Assembly (NCBI GenBank): GCA_002269645.1
Contig: NIVC01002334.1
Location: 118,603-182,602 of the forward strand
Reading direction: 5' to 3'
Source of the DNA: Macrostomum lignano
Lineage: Eukaryota
Length of the DNA stretch: 64,000 nt
Part shown: in pieces, positions 40,201 through 51,402 of the stretch
Numbering within the stretch: the first letter of the stretch is position 1
Layout: each line of letters starts with the position of its first letter
Program-made: the position numbers and the translations under genes
Notes under the pieces: model-generated
Databases searched by the model: none
The model's input: only the letters and a program-made list of their open reading frames with translations
What the model was told of the DNA's origin: nothing

Positions 40201-40972
40201 CGTTACGGTTTAGTGAATTTGTCGGCAAGTTTGTCTTTTGCGTTTTTCGAGTTTTTTACGAGCGATATTTGCATTCTTTGAGCTCTACTTAACATTGCTT
40301 GATTTTGTTCGCTTAGAAGTACCATAGTTTCTGCGCTAGTTACGACCTTTTGATAGCCCAATGCTTATAATTTTTTGCTTCAGTTTTTATTTCAGTTGCG
40401 GTTGGTGGTGGCGGTAATTTGCGTTAGTATTTAATTTTGAAATTTTACTTGACAGCTGACGTACTCTTGCAAAATTTTCGATTGTCATCTACGATCTGCG
40501 TACTTATTGTCATCTAATTTTCTACCCGTCACAATGTCGCATTCATGCAACGTTGCTTTTTTGCTTTTTGAGTTTGATTTTGCATCACGCATCGTTTTCG
40601 AATATTTTCCTAATACCGTATTCGTTTTCTTTGTTTCATCCCTCGAATAGTTTTTGTCATTGTCATGCCAAGGTGGGGGGTATGTTTGGGAGGTAGATTA
40701 GTAGCATTGATTTTCTTTCCAATTCCACTGCGTGATTTAATGTACGTACGTGTTTATTATTCAATTTTCTATGTACGCTGATTTAGCCCAGGCCCATCTC
40801 ACCCACCCCCCTCCACGCTGGCTGATTCTGACTGACTGCAATATATATATATCATCGAGAGAGCTTTTTAGCCCTGTGTACGGTTTACGCTTTTCGTTTT
40901 GTTAGCGTCTCGCTTGAGCCTCAGCTCCAAAATAGTTTGGCGGACCATCGGTCTTTTCATTTCTACAGTACA
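34235..40972 (+). mobile_element. Intact BEL/Pao LTR retrotransposon
   Basis: 290-bp TG...CA LTRs (34235-34524 and 40683-40972) with no mismatch seen by eye. 5-bp TSD GGGGG. PBS TGGTAGCAGAGCGTGGTT resembles the complement of initiator-Met tRNA. PPT GGTGGGGGTA lies before the 3' LTR. Confidence 0.97.
34593..39968 (+). CDS. BEL/Pao Gag-Pol polyprotein (1791 aa)
   Basis: Single ORF in BEL order: Gag (IPTFSG, CCHC knuckles), protease (ALLDDASTRSY), RT (YMDD), RNase H (FVDASEKAYG...RLELMAA...SDS), integrase (HH-CC, VDFAGPF, SDNGTNF, GGVHE), C-terminal WPLARVLEV. Confidence 0.96.
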   Translation: MKRRTKMDSDDANEQQQEAQDDAGALRLEKLRFEKSRKKAAFTRCKNKLSWLLKTRASDDEVQATCDALSDLQDLVSAIQEELHQGYADAKDNERRQRLLEEMEETERDYQAAIQRVESSRNRGLQRAQEAPPAASSSGENAAGDQEEAAGELDKLSGSAASSKGSNPKELSKDLWKMLKRVEIPTFSGEKQKYENWKAAFVACIDSAPATPEFKLLQLRQYLSGEALKVIEHLGHSAAAYEAAKERLEREFGGQRRQLALHLEELDSFPIVRKGSAKDLKSFANLLDVAVVNLEDAGKEAELQDGMLYVRLQKKLPEQMVASYRRWIFEQRKPESVRNLRIWVLQEAEFQTEASEIVQGVATMQQERQKREQRPKTFVTTDSDKKVQRKICIVCQGDHELWSCSEFKELPVEKRWDAAQSAKCCFRCLGQGHLGSQCRRGRRCGINSCIKFHHRLLHAEKALAKSGEAKQTASKDAKSASSSGKTGPVTLLSAGETAISLRTVPVVLRNGSRKLKVNALLDDASTRSYVNIGIAEALGVHGALEKVKVGVINGQTETFMTAPVCFSLESLDGQTSSMIVAFTADHVTGSLKGVDWHEEAQQWPHLRNVPFPKLCEPAVVDLLIGADHPNLHVSLKEIVGQPLEPKARLTPLGWTCIGRTEQDNSEMQNAHFAATFFSCDSESGQVAKILRQFWEIENVSEGANRSPLTADEERAVQQAKSSLKYTKGRYQIGIPWKKDRLAPAGTFSMALKRLKNTEQRLIKEMDVCKQYQEILEKYEQQGYIRKVSQAETEGRCFLPHFPVLRPDKATTKVRIVFDASAARLNDQILQGPKLQRDLVDVLLRFRRHPIAIACDVAEMYLQIEMDPKDRPLHSFLWRDADPSKQPDVYEFNRVVFGVTSSPFLAQFVTRCHAEKLKGELPEAAETVLHSTYMDDSLDSAPTEAAACRLYDQLSELWRRAGMHARKWVSNSRAVLDRIPPEDRAAEVTLDSKELPSTKTLGVTWQSEQDEFTFKDENESRQVTTKRGLLKKLASVFDPLGLISPFVVQAKILMQELWQTGLDWDEPLNAELSAKVSAWCIDLKHLSEIRLSRALEGENSLSGSLHVFVDASEKAYGAVCYWRSETATDSERSVRLIISKTRVAPITTMSTPRLELMAAVLGVQLASKVAQSLQVPLRDAVFWSDSLNVLYWIRGRGKMFKPFVSSRVGEIQASTEPNQWRYVSTEKNPADLLSRGLSIKAVAASQLWWHGPQFLLEEAENWPKNKVQVPEQVEERRRCEDQSPAGESQRTYVTDVLERNHRLEPERFSSWIRAVRVHAWVARFANNCRLMKEHRDTGELSPAEIEAAESKIIQRAQQETFAEEIACLRAGKQLPGRSVISNLNPKLDVNDLLRADGRLKFADVLPFSTRFPIILPRSHRVTELIVKHHHESVQHLGTNQTLVALSNRFWIVSAREAIKSWEAKCAECRRRKARPASQIMAPLPACRFKEPLRAFARVAVDFAGPFITKQGRGKARQKRYLALFTCLATRAVHLEVAFGMDTDSFLRTLQRMISRRGQPIELFSDNGTNFVGAARELRELVDVLDTQKLQQRTASQQLRWHFNPPAAPHFGGVHEIMIKAAKKAIWAILKEADVTDEELLSAFAGAEALLNSRPLTYQTAHPSDDVPLTPNHFLIGQVGGKFAPEVDAAIARSPSRRWRHVQQLVSQIWRRWLREGLPGLAPRSKWRRELPDLQPGDVALLVSPDSPRGHWPLARVLEVMRGPEGHVRVASIRVGDRTMTRPITKLCPISAG

Positions 40973-41740
40973 GGGGGAATTGCTGAGATTTCAAGGCTTA
41001 CTAAGGGAATTTCTGAGATTTCAAGGCTTACTAAGGGAATTTCTGAGATGTCAAGTCCTACTAAAAGAATTTTTGAGATGTCAAGGCCCACTGGGGGAAT
41101 TGCTGAGATGTCAAAGCTTACTGGAGGAGTTGCTGAGATGTCAAGGCCTACTAAGGGAATTTCTGAGATGTCAAAGCTTACTGGAGGAGTTGCTGAGATG
41201 TCAAGGCCTACTAAGGGAATTTCTGAGATGTCAAAGCCTACTGGGGGAATTGGTGAGATGTCAAGGCTTACTAAAGGAATTTCTGAGATATCAAGGCTTA
41301 CTGGGGGAATTGATGAGATGTCAAGCCTTACTGGGGAAATTGATGAGATGTCATCAAGGCTTATGGCATATTGAGCTCCTGCTGCGGACCAGAATATGCC
41401 CAGGCCAATGACGATATGCACTAAGAGTTTGTGCTTGAAAGGATAAGTACTATTTGCTGAATGAGAAAGGCTTTTGGGCTGATGAAGGAAACTTTGGCTG
41501 GTGAAGGTTTTTATTCATGGCAACTGGGGGAATTGCTGAGATGACAAGGCTTACTGTGGGTATCGCTGAGATGTCAAGGCTTATTTGGGGGAATTGCTGG
41601 GATGTCAAGGCTTACTGGGGAAATCACTGAGATGTCAAGGCTTACTGGGGGTAAGATTATTACTCATAGGCCAAAACTAGCAATTTAAGCCCCCCGTTGG
41701 GGGACGCAATAATGACGCCAAATGGTTTTTATTTGCTATG

Positions 41741-41877
41741 GCTCCTAAGCATCAGCTTAAGAATTGAAGTTTAGTCTATGCCCATAGACGTATTGAGCTC
41801 TCACTGCAAGAAAAATACACTAATTAGATAGGGAGAATATCTTAAATTCTTAAATTCTTAAGCTGATGCTTAGGAGC
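41741..41877. repeat. Short inverted-repeat (MITE-like) element
   Basis: 25-bp perfect inverted repeat GCTCCTAAGCATCAGCTTAAGAATT (41741-41765 and 41853-41877). Confidence 0.7.
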
Positions 41878-42419
41878 ATCGCATGGGTCTATTCTTTAAT
41901 ATATTAGCAATATTTTCATTTTCCTTTTTGCACTCCCCGAATTATCGTGACTGCCATAGACAAAGTATTTTTCGTCTCCTTTTCCTTTTTCGCTCCCCTC
42001 TGAAAGGAATTTCCCAGAATAGTACGAGCTCGCATCAAAATATGCTTTTAGCCAATAGGAAGGAACGGGGAGGAAAGGGATGTTAAAAGCGAAAATCGAG
42101 CGAGACAAAAATAACTGGCTCAGATTAGCACTCCATTCTATTCTTTCCTCCATGGATCTACCTCATATATATTTTCTCGCCCTGTCTCAAAGCATGAGGC
42201 CTTAGGCTGGGGCCATAGATATACACACGGTATGTCTTTATCTACACCAGTTCTAACCACAGATACTATATACGTGAATATATTACTATATTACTATATA
42301 CTATATAAGTTATATAGTATCCGTGGTTCTAAACGTAGGTCTACGCTACACGTTCACATAGGGCGAAATTAACGCCCACCACACTCACTGAGGCAGTATT
42401 GCTTTTGCCAGCCTAACTG

Positions 42420-42760
42420 AGAATAAAGCCATCCAAAGTGAGAATCCTGCCTACGCTGACTGCGAAGGGCCTGGCTGCGTGCAGCCTTAGTCTATGGGCC
42501 ATAGACAATAAAGGACAAGCAAAGTGATAAAAAGCCATCCAATGTGAGAATCGATTGGTCTATGCGTCGTATTCTTTTATTTTTTTACCTTCTGAGCTTC
42601 TGAGCCATATGACTAGCCAATCCTAGCTTATCCTTTATAGTCTATGGCTCATAGACTAGGCTGGACGCAGCTAGGCCCTTCGTATTCAGCGTAGGCAGGA
42701 TTCTCACATTGGATGGCTTTTTATCACTTTTCTTGTCCTTTATTGTCTATGTCTATGGTT
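42420..42760. mobile_element. Cluster of CATAGAC-ended MITE-like inverted repeats
   Basis: CATAGACAATAAAGGACAAG..AAAGTGATAAAAAGCCATCCAATGTGAGAATC (42500-~42553) is inverted at ~42699-42751, with nested related arms. Confidence 0.55.
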
Positions 42761-43184
42761 AGAATAAACTGCATCATTGTGAGGGAAGCGGCAACGATCA
42801 GATCATCAGAAAGGAGACGAACAAACTTCCAGGGACACCGGCGATCGCCAAGCCCCATGAGTTCAACGATTTTTGATAATCACAACTGTCTACTACTCAC
42901 ACGGAATTCGTTATTATTTACTTTATAGAACGGCTGTAAGGCGTGCAACGCGCTATCTGCCCCATACTGTTTACGACACCCCTCACATAAAAACGTACTT
43001 ATTTTTAACCAAGTCTCGACCAATCAAGCATCATTTCACACCCCCACCCCAATGACAAATATATTGAGCAGACAAGGAAAAGCAGCGGCCACCATTTCCC
43101 GCGCGCAAACGTAGAATTCGTATGAATACTTTATATTGTTTACTATATTGGCCATGCTAACAGGTAAAACAAAGTCGCACTCAC

Positions 43185-43576
43185 GCAGCGCTTTTCCGTA
43201 AGCCTCGAACTCGCAGATCGCCAGTCGAGGCAGGCGACTTTTCACCATGATCTCCTGTCCGATTCCGTCGCATTGCAGAATCTTGGTGGCGAATTGTTTC
43301 GAATCTTTGTACCGATTGCACACGTTGTTATCGTCGATGATCACTTCGAAGTCGGTCAGTCTCTCCCTCAGAGTCGCGCGGTTGTAGATTTTGACGTACA
43401 TGAAGCGCACATGCACTTCGGTTTTCGCCTTCCACCAGGTGTTTTGCTTGTCAGTTTGAGCGCAGTTTAATATACCTGATGTACCTGTATCCAGTTTGCC
43501 ATCATAAGCCTTGTTGCACAAGTGCTTTGTGCCATCCCAGTTTGAGCCTTGGCTGCAGCTGACAAACTTGATTTTT
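43185..43576 (-). CDS. F-type lectin-like domain exon 4 of 14; one nucleotide short at its 5' A-run (frameshifted cassette or assembly error)
   Basis: ATGCAG|A AAA ATC has 5 A where phase 1 needs 6. Length 392 nt. Donor CTG C|GTGAGT is normal. The domain is otherwise intact (NCAQTDKQNTWW...IYNRATLRERL). Confidence 0.8.
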
Positions 43577-44552
43577 CTGCATGGGTTGAGAGTGGCAGTT
43601 AAAAGTTAAAAAATTACTTCTGACAACATGCAGTTTTTCGCACCTTCTAAACATTCGTTACAGTTACGTTCACAATTCGATGAAACAGGATTTTTATGAA
43701 ATGCCACCTGAGACCGGCAAACAAGCAAATTTTATTTCAACTTTTTGTTTTCCTGTTTCTTTTGTGAAATATTTTCTAGCAGGATTTTTGTGGGTTTTTT
43801 GGTCTTTGTTAAAGCCTAAATTAGTGCTGCTGTTGTGCCGGCATGTACTTGCACTGTTGAGCGATCTATTCAGCCCTCAGTGAGGGGTGCGGCCGTCATT
43901 GCACTTTTCCTCATATGCCCACGACCCGCCGCTTTGTCTGGCGTCCCTAATCGCTGAATACTACGATGTGTTACGCACCAGCCCTGCGACCGCCCCACCT
44001 CCCTTTCTGTGTGATTGGCTGAATTACTGCCCACCGACGCTTCCCCGTGCTTCAGTTATGATTCAATTCATTGTGTACGCGCTTGTGCCGACCAATCAGG
44101 GGCTGAAAAAAGGAAGTGGGTCCTCATCCCAAACCCCTAGAGGTTTGAGGAAGGATTTGTTTGTGAAAAATAGAAATACGTATTGGAGTTGAGCAAGGGG
44201 GAGCGCGCCTTTTGAACTTTTCTCCTCGAAGCAATTTACAACGTTTACAACGCTCAGCTATTGCAGGCATTCCGGTCAGTGAACTGAAGCAATCCCCAGG
44301 ATCGTGGGCTGAAAGAGTCTGTTGGAACTCTAGATCCGGCCAAGTCACTACACTATGTTGAAATGCTCGATCAAGCACACACATCACCCCCACTCGCACT
44401 GTCAACTGACCAAATATATTGAGTAGACAAGGCAAAACAGTGGCCACCATTTTCCGCGCGCAAGCGTAGACTTTACATAAATAGTCATAAATATTTGTTA
44501 CTACATCGACTATTCTTTTTTTCTATAATAGCTAAAACAAAGTCGAACTCAC

Positions 44553-44945
44553 GCAAAGGTTTTCCGTAAGCCTCGAACTCGCAGATCGTCAGCTGAGGCA
44601 GGTAACTTTTCACCATGATCTCCTGGCCGTATCCGTCGCATTTCAGAGTCTTATAGGCGAATTGTGTCGAATCTTTGTACCGATTGCACACATTCTGATC
44701 GTCGATGATCACTTCGAAGTCTGTCAGTCTCTCCCTCAGCATGTCGCGGTTGTAGATTTTGACGTACATGAAAAGCATGGGATTATCAGTCTTCGCCTTC
44801 CACCAGGTGTTTTGTTTGCCCGTGTGAGCGCAGTTTAATAGATACCCTATATCTGAATCCAGTTTGCCATCATAAGCCTTGTTGCACATGTAATTTGTGT
44901 CATCCTGGTTCGAGCCCTGGCTGCAGCTGACGAATTTGAATTTTG
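44553..44945 (-). CDS. F-type lectin-like domain exon 3 of 14
   Basis: ATGCAG|CA AAA acceptor, TTG C|GTGAGT donor, 393 nt, phase 1-1. NCAHTGKQNTWW...IYNRDMLRERL. Confidence 0.9.
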
Positions 44946-45184
44946 CTGCATTGAATGGAGAGTGGCAGTTGAAATTTCAGATGTACACCGAAACACAAAT
45001 ATATTTACGGTATGAATAGCTGTTCGACGGACCAATCAGAAACTTTGTATGGGTGTGTATGTCTACTCGTATATGCTAAAATAGCACGTTTACTGCGAAT
45101 GGATAGTCACTGCTGCTAGTAAACACTATTAACAAGTTGAGCGGTTTTTTGGCAGTTAATCTCTAGTAAAACTGCATTTTTCAG

Positions 45185-45721
45185 GGGGGTCTTTCTCGAA
45201 AGCAACTTACAATCGACCATAGACGTAAGTTGGGTAAGCTACACTTACGGGTTGCTCGAAGGGCTCGCAAGTTAGCTATGCGTAAGATTGATCGCAACTT
45301 TACGAGTTCGTAACTTTGCGCAAAAGACTGTTTCTCGAAGCGTTCGTATGTCTATGGTCTTTCGTAAGGTTGATCTTGATTCTTAACCCTACGACAGCTC
45401 GGTATCAGTCGTAAGACGCACTTAAGCACTAATCGCATAGTACGTGGTGAAGCTTTAGTCAAGCCAAGTCAAGTTAAACTTTATCGAAGGTGAGTCTTTC
45501 TCGAAAGCAACTTACGATAGACTAAAGTAAAGATATTTGCAGATTTATGACCATAGACATGCAACTTTTCGTTTCAGATACGACTTACGAACAGCGTAAG
45601 CCACGCAAAGTCTAAGTGAGTTTTGAGAAAGCGTCTTACGAGCAAACTTACGCTACACGTAAATTTCTTTCTTACGATCTAACTTACCATAGAACTTACG
45701 TGAGTTTCGAGAAACACCCCC
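45185..45721. mobile_element. PIF/Harbinger-like MITE (duplicate at 52266-52802)
   Basis: TIR GGGGGT(C/G)TTTCTCGAAA at both ends, apparent 3-bp TSD CAG, and internal CTTACG/CGTAAG repeats. Confidence 0.65.
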
Positions 45722-46205
45722 CAGACCGAAATTTTTATGAAATGCTACCTAAGACTGGCAAGCAAGCAAAGTTCTTACGAAATTTCTGCCGCTCTAGTCT
45801 CCCTGGCTTATTTTTTCTGGAATGATTTTTGTGGAATTTTCTGGTCATTGTTAAAACCCTAATTTATCGCTATGCAGAAATGCATTATACAGAAATCCAT
45901 TTAAAAGAAACGACTGTCTTTGTCGGGGGTCGGTGCTGGTTTGAGGTGGTAGGCCTCACCCACCCACTGTGTTCTAAGGGCTACCTTGTGAACCGCTGGT
46001 GCCTATTTCGCTGCGGTTGATTAAATTCTTAATAATATATAATTTATAAAATAATAATATAATGTAACGATATATACAGATTTTTTTCGGCAGCTAATTG
46101 CTGCCGTTAAAGAATCTGTCTATGTCGTTATTGTGCTTTTTTGAATGAAACTGATTATTAACGATAGATTTTATACCTTTCGGTAGTATATTCAGCGATG
46201 CAGGA

Positions 46206-47100
46206 TGTTATTACAACTCTGGGATACATGTATTGTTATGTCTTCAGGTTACTTAAAGTCTTCAATATACTTAAGGCATTAATTATTAGTGCTGATATCC
46301 TAGCAGACGTTTCCGCGGCTCCAAGGTTCTTAGTCTTGCTCTTATTTCTCTTTATTCCACATTCTCACAGCGGGATTTTAACCCAAGCCTGTTTTGCAGC
46401 TTCATTTAGTCCATAGATAAAACAAAACGCGTCAAACTGCATATGCAATTAAAATAATATCAATATTATAGTCGCGTCATATCATCCCTCTTTCCTTCAA
46501 GATGATTGGTACCTGTCCAATGCTCTCCGGATCCGCACTGGGTACCTGGACTCCGAAGGTTGAATTGAACTTGGTTCTTCATCGTCCTGGATAGGCTTGT
46601 GGGTTTCAGCCTCGGCTCTGTCTCTGACATGGTTCCGGTGCACCACCAGATCTCGTCCTCTATGGTCCTGTACTCGTCTCAGCTGTTCTCCAACCGCTTC
46701 TTGAAGTACTCCCTCCCTCCACTCCTTGTTGAAGGGATCTTGGACCCAAACAGGACTGTGAATTTGATCTGTTTTCTTGTGCTGGAACGACCGACGATGT
46801 AGCAGTGACAGTCTAGTATTAAACTGGCGCCCAAACATTTCTCGACACGGAGCGACACCGTTGGCTCTTGGGCAGACTCGAATGGCGTACAAAGTTTGTT
46901 GCATTCGAACTTCCGGGTCTGGATCGTTTAGCTGTTTTAGCTTGGTCTTCAGCCTTTTCACTGCTACCTCGACTACTCCATTCGAAGCGGGAAGGTATCT
47001 GGGTGACTTGAGGTGTAGCACTCCCATTCGCTTCAACCAGGCTTCTGTTGAAGCTTGGAAACAGAAGCATTCAGTGTGATGTCATTCTCTTGCAGCCTTT
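46206..47100 (-). mobile_element. Truncated Gypsy-type LTR retrotransposon (integrase C-terminus, PPT, 3' LTR); duplicate at ~53287-54181
   Basis: ORF 46497-47036 has SPRYLPASNGVVEVAVKRLK...REMFGRQFNTRL. On the minus strand the PPT GAAGGAAAGAGGGA abuts a TG...CA LTR (46206-46484). Confidence 0.75.
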
Positions 47101-47468
47101 TAAGTATTTTTTGCGTCTTGTCGGTGTAGTGTGAGCATCTTTTGCGTGTATTTTGTTAGTTAATTGATTGTATCAGTTTATATATTGTTAATTATTATTT
47201 TGCTTCAATTTAGTCACGCGGTCTAATGTACTTTTTTTCTTGTTAGTTAAAATCTAAATTTGTAAACCAGTTAGAAGTCAGACGCCATTTCGTGACTCAG
47301 CGGAGGGTTGAGTTTTTCTGCGAACCCCAGCTTTGCGCGGCCAGCCAATCAGAACCGGCCTGGACTCTGGCACCCGGCAAAATCCAAGTCTACCCGGCGC
47401 CGCGGGCACAGTGCAAATCGGCTTAGCGAGCGGCCGGCCAGACGACCACCACCCAGCTTGAGGGGGGT

Positions 47469-48578
47469 TGTGAGGGTTTGACTCTGACTATATATGAAAG
47501 TGTGTTTGGCAATCAGATCTCACTTCTGTTTTTCCGTCCCCGGTTTTGATTTTTGTCCCGGCTTTCCGGCCGCTTGCCATTGTTTTGGTTCGCGCTTTGA
47601 GGCGCTTGAGTTCATCACCCCCGGTCCATATTTTTGTCCCCTGCCCGACCGCTTCAGTCTTGTAGCGTAACGTATACGGCAGATTCCTGTCTGAAGTCGT
47701 CGCTATCAAGCGCGGTTAGATAGAGACTGTCGGATTTGACCAAGTACGTGGCCTCGACCCAGAGGGCCTCGATCAGTGTCACACTGAAGGGCAGTGCTGA
47801 TAGAATTTAGTCAGTGCTCCGTTGAACGGTCAATTCGGCAGGGCTCTCGTTTGAGTGTAGGTTCTGGTTTAGGCCAGGGGTTAGGAGTCTTCTCCGTTGG
47901 TCGTGTTCGGTTTTTCTTCTTCAAGCTGAGATCTGCTTGCCATTGCGTAACTAAGTTATTATTAATCGTTTGTCTCGATATCATTTTCCGCTATTATCAG
48001 TTCGAAATTATCTGCGCCGCGAATTGCATTGAAGCTTGTAACTTGAAGTAATCAAATTAAATCGTCTAGCCAATTATCAGTCTGTATCATATAGGATTAT
48101 CACTCTCTAAATCTATTCGGCTCGTGTTCATCTGCATTCTTCCTTTTCTTGTACCGTACTGTGACTATTGGAGAAAGACTGGTAGGACTCGCCGACCGGC
48201 GATAGGCGATTAGCTATAAAATCTCCGAACGCTCCAAGTAGGTTTGTCTAGGGCCTAAATAATTGCTTATCGTGCATGCAATATATATTCATATTGTATT
48301 CATCACATCGGCTAAATTTTCCCGGGTTTTTTTCACAGACTAGAATGTCGTCATTCTTACAGCATACTAAAACATACTACGCACTACACCTTTTTCCATT
48401 CTATTTTGGCAAACATCTAGAACATCAACATCTAGAACATACTACGCGCTAAAGTCTCTGTTTTCGTGCGGCCATTCAGCGGCAAATGGAATCCCCGTCC
48501 GTCGATCGCCAGGTAAACATCATTAGCGGAGAATCATTCAAGCGTTGTAATGGAGCTCTTGTCGGAACTCATTTGTGA
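47469..48578 (+). mobile_element. Probable LTR of a second retroelement (copy at 54192 truncated at 54895)
   Basis: Purine tract AGGGGGGT immediately precedes TGTGAGGG at 47469 in both copies. The 3' end is uncertain (TGTGACA ~48578). Confidence 0.4.
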
Positions 48579-49025
48579 CACAAGGACAACTTAAGTAGTT
48601 ACGTTATATATAGGACGCGACTGTAACGGTTACGTAATTTCCATTATCAACTATTCCAAATGTATGTAATTTATTTATTAACTGTTTTCTTCTGTTTATA
48701 AATCAAAGTTAAAATGCATAGATTTTGTTTTATCGGAGTCTTCTTGGAACAAATTTAAATGCTGTTATCTATTAAGTTATACCTTGGTGAGACGTAGGTG
48801 TGATGTGTGGCTAAGTTGTTGTCGTCCAATTCCTAATATACTGGTGCAATCGTTAAATATACTAATCATCGGATATTTCGTTACAATAAGTTTCTATTTC
48901 TCCTCCATCAAATCGAAATTCGGCAACACTGTTTTATCATTCTAATATATGACTCTGAGCTCCGCTAGCCAACAATAGCAGCCCAGCTCGTCTACGCGAA
49001 CTCGCTCCGTCAGAACGCCACACGA

Positions 49026-51402
49026 CACTCAGCTTTCGTGGAAATTTTTTTGGAGGCCCGTAAGCCGTATAAAGTTCTACGTACATAAGCCTAGGATTCG
49101 ACCGCTACATAGAGCACAGGACTGTGTGTGTTGTAATAAACCATTCAGGTTTTCATTAATTCTTACTAAACTTGATAAGCTGACTTCACCTACTAATTAA
49201 AATAATTATAACACGTTCCTTTAATGGCCAATAACAATATGCATTTTTTAATTTGGATTTGTGAAATAGCTACTGGTTTTCTTGTTTTCTTTTTTGCTGA
49301 CAAACATGGTTTCTTTATATCACAATTGTCAACAAGAGACCATGTTTACAAAGCAATTTTTTATAGTTATTATAGCTCTAGGTTGCAAATACCATTGCAT
49401 CTAAAATTAAATTTTGTTTTCTGAAAAATAACATATAGAACATCATATTTGATATGAAAAAATGGTCTAGGAATCTTCCATCATGAAAGCTTGGCTTGTT
49501 TATAGTTGACTGGGTGTGTTCTCCTATTATATTCTAATACAAGTCAAGAAAATAGTGCCAATTTTTCTCAAGTCACTTTTTTGCCTTTTTGGGTTTCTCA
49601 AATTTTTACACTCTAGAAATTGACATTAAAATGGAAGCTTTTTTTCTATGTATTTCTATGTATTTCTATGTCATGTCTGTTAGGCCCATTGTAGTTGAAA
49701 CTGAAATATTTCTATTAGTAAAAACCTTATTTATGTTAATGACTACCCCTAGTAGTTAGAAAGTTTTAAAGCCATGTATTTCATTAAATAGCTTGTTTAT
49801 TAACTAACACTAGGAATTAATTTGAAACTTGTAATGTGCTAAATAGTATAAACACTAATAGGCCTACAGCTATTATAAGTAAAACCTATAAGAAATCTTT
49901 GACCAATAACATTTCATTTATATAGGTTATTAAGTGATAAACAAGGTTCATAAACATATAAATGTGCAATTTAAAATACTTTTTTACTTTATATCATTCG
50001 AGAATGTCACCAAACACATGGGAATATGCAAAAAGCATTGGCCAAAGGATGCAAGGCTTACAAAAATCAAGCGATATTTTCAACCTATTGACCCACCATC
50101 TGTCTTTATGTGCCCACCTAGCTCACTCTATGCGGCAAACATTTGCAGGTACATTTTTGCCAAAGTTCTTTAAATAATGCTTTCAATATAAGTCAGCGCT
50201 GTCACTCAATTGCATTATTTCAGTGTCATCTAGAAATGTGACTGAACGTTGTATTCTGGCGTCACATTGTCAACAAATGCCTGATGAACTACAGGACTTT
50301 AATACAAAGGATAGAATTGGAGGCTGGGAGAACTTTGCATCCGCTGTGGTAGACAAGCCAGCCTGGATGTCAAGTTGGTTGGTCCAACGCGAGGAGGGTT
50401 GCTTCGGAAACCCGCGAGCAGCTTGTTGCGATGGTGAGCTGTCGGACGACGAACTTGCACATCTCAATGATCTAGTTTCGACTTCGAAAGACAGCGCTGA
50501 ATCCTCCATACCCACTGATGAAGAACAGTTGGCACTGTACTATGTATGCGGATATGTAGCTCGCAAGGAGCAGATCCCAGTTTCAGAAGACAGTGGCCAA
50601 GCTGATTCAAATTCTCCAATTCAGTTGCCCGCTGATTGTGAGTTCACGCGTTTACTATCGAGAGGCAAGCTGCGCAAGCCTCCAGAGTGGCTCCTGGTTT
50701 TTGCCGCACTGTGCTACCGACTGTTCTCATCACTGCGACCGTGTTGCTCAACTCGATTGGCTCGGATGTTTGTGTTTGTTTTTGAATCAGCCATCACTTA
50801 AATTTTGACTAAACCTGTGGATTTTTGGAACAGTTTTGCTGCTCAGGGCTGCTCAGTTTTAGTGTTGAAAAAAAGCCAAATCTAGGTCAGGATCCAGATC
50901 CAGGTCCTGGTCCTTCGGGTAAATTTCTGCTTCGTCGCAGATGCTTTGTCGAGTTTGTTTTCCGTTTTGTCTCACTCTAACGCAGGCCACAAATTTATTA
51001 ACTTTTTTGATACTCGTAATAAATAAACCAATGGCATTTGACAGTGATATTTTCTATAATACATAAACTGTTTTATTTTACACTTGCTTAATGAGATTAT
51101 TAGTTTACAAACTAAAAACTCGTTTTCGCTATTGAGTATTGACTAGGAATTGTGACAGACTGACAAATTTCTAAAGAAAATTTGGCGTATTTTACACAAA
51201 ATTGCACGAAATTGGGTTGTTTTCACTGTACTTAACTGTACGCTGCTTATAAATGTAGTCTACTATTTTATCACTGACATTTTAACGAAAAAAAAATTTC
51301 TGGACCTAACACCGAAAGAATCAGCTTTCTACGTGCAACTAGTCGAAAATTACATGTATGTTAAGACCAGGCCTCCAATAAAAATTACACGATACGCGAG
51401 TA
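49026..51402 (+). mobile_element. Internally deleted THAP/P-type transposon
   Basis: Imperfect TIRs CACTC...TGGAGGCC. TSD-like GGACGCGA (48613-20) and GGACGCAA (51403-10). THAP tail MGICKKHWP...PIDPPSVF and transposase C-terminus LYYVCGYVARK...LSRGKLRKP. Confidence 0.72.

Larger units (their letters stand above)
29220..41720. repeat. Diverged tandem duplicate of a multi-kb minisatellite-bearing unit (A ~29220-33160; B ~33170-41720, interrupted by the BEL element)
   Basis: Shared blocks include TCTTCTAAATATACTAAATCTCTAA (29220/33175), TTAACTTCAAACTGC.GAAGTTACTAAAC (~30462/~33729) and GAGCTCCTGCTGCGGA.CAGAATATGCCC (~32868/~41374). Both units carry the 22-bp and 30-bp arrays. Confidence 0.7.
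44333..48167. repeat. Segmental duplication, copy 1 (copy 2 = 51434-54895)
   Basis: Near-identical sequence at an offset of ~7081 bp, containing a lectin exon, a MITE, a Gypsy remnant and an LTR start. Copy 2 lacks ~47101-47460 and a ~20-nt stretch near its start. Confidence 0.95.

Noticed and set aside
30917-41650. 22-bp and 30-bp repeat arrays as CRISPR
   Set aside because: Head-to-tail degenerate units without unique spacers, no cas genes, and a eukaryotic context.
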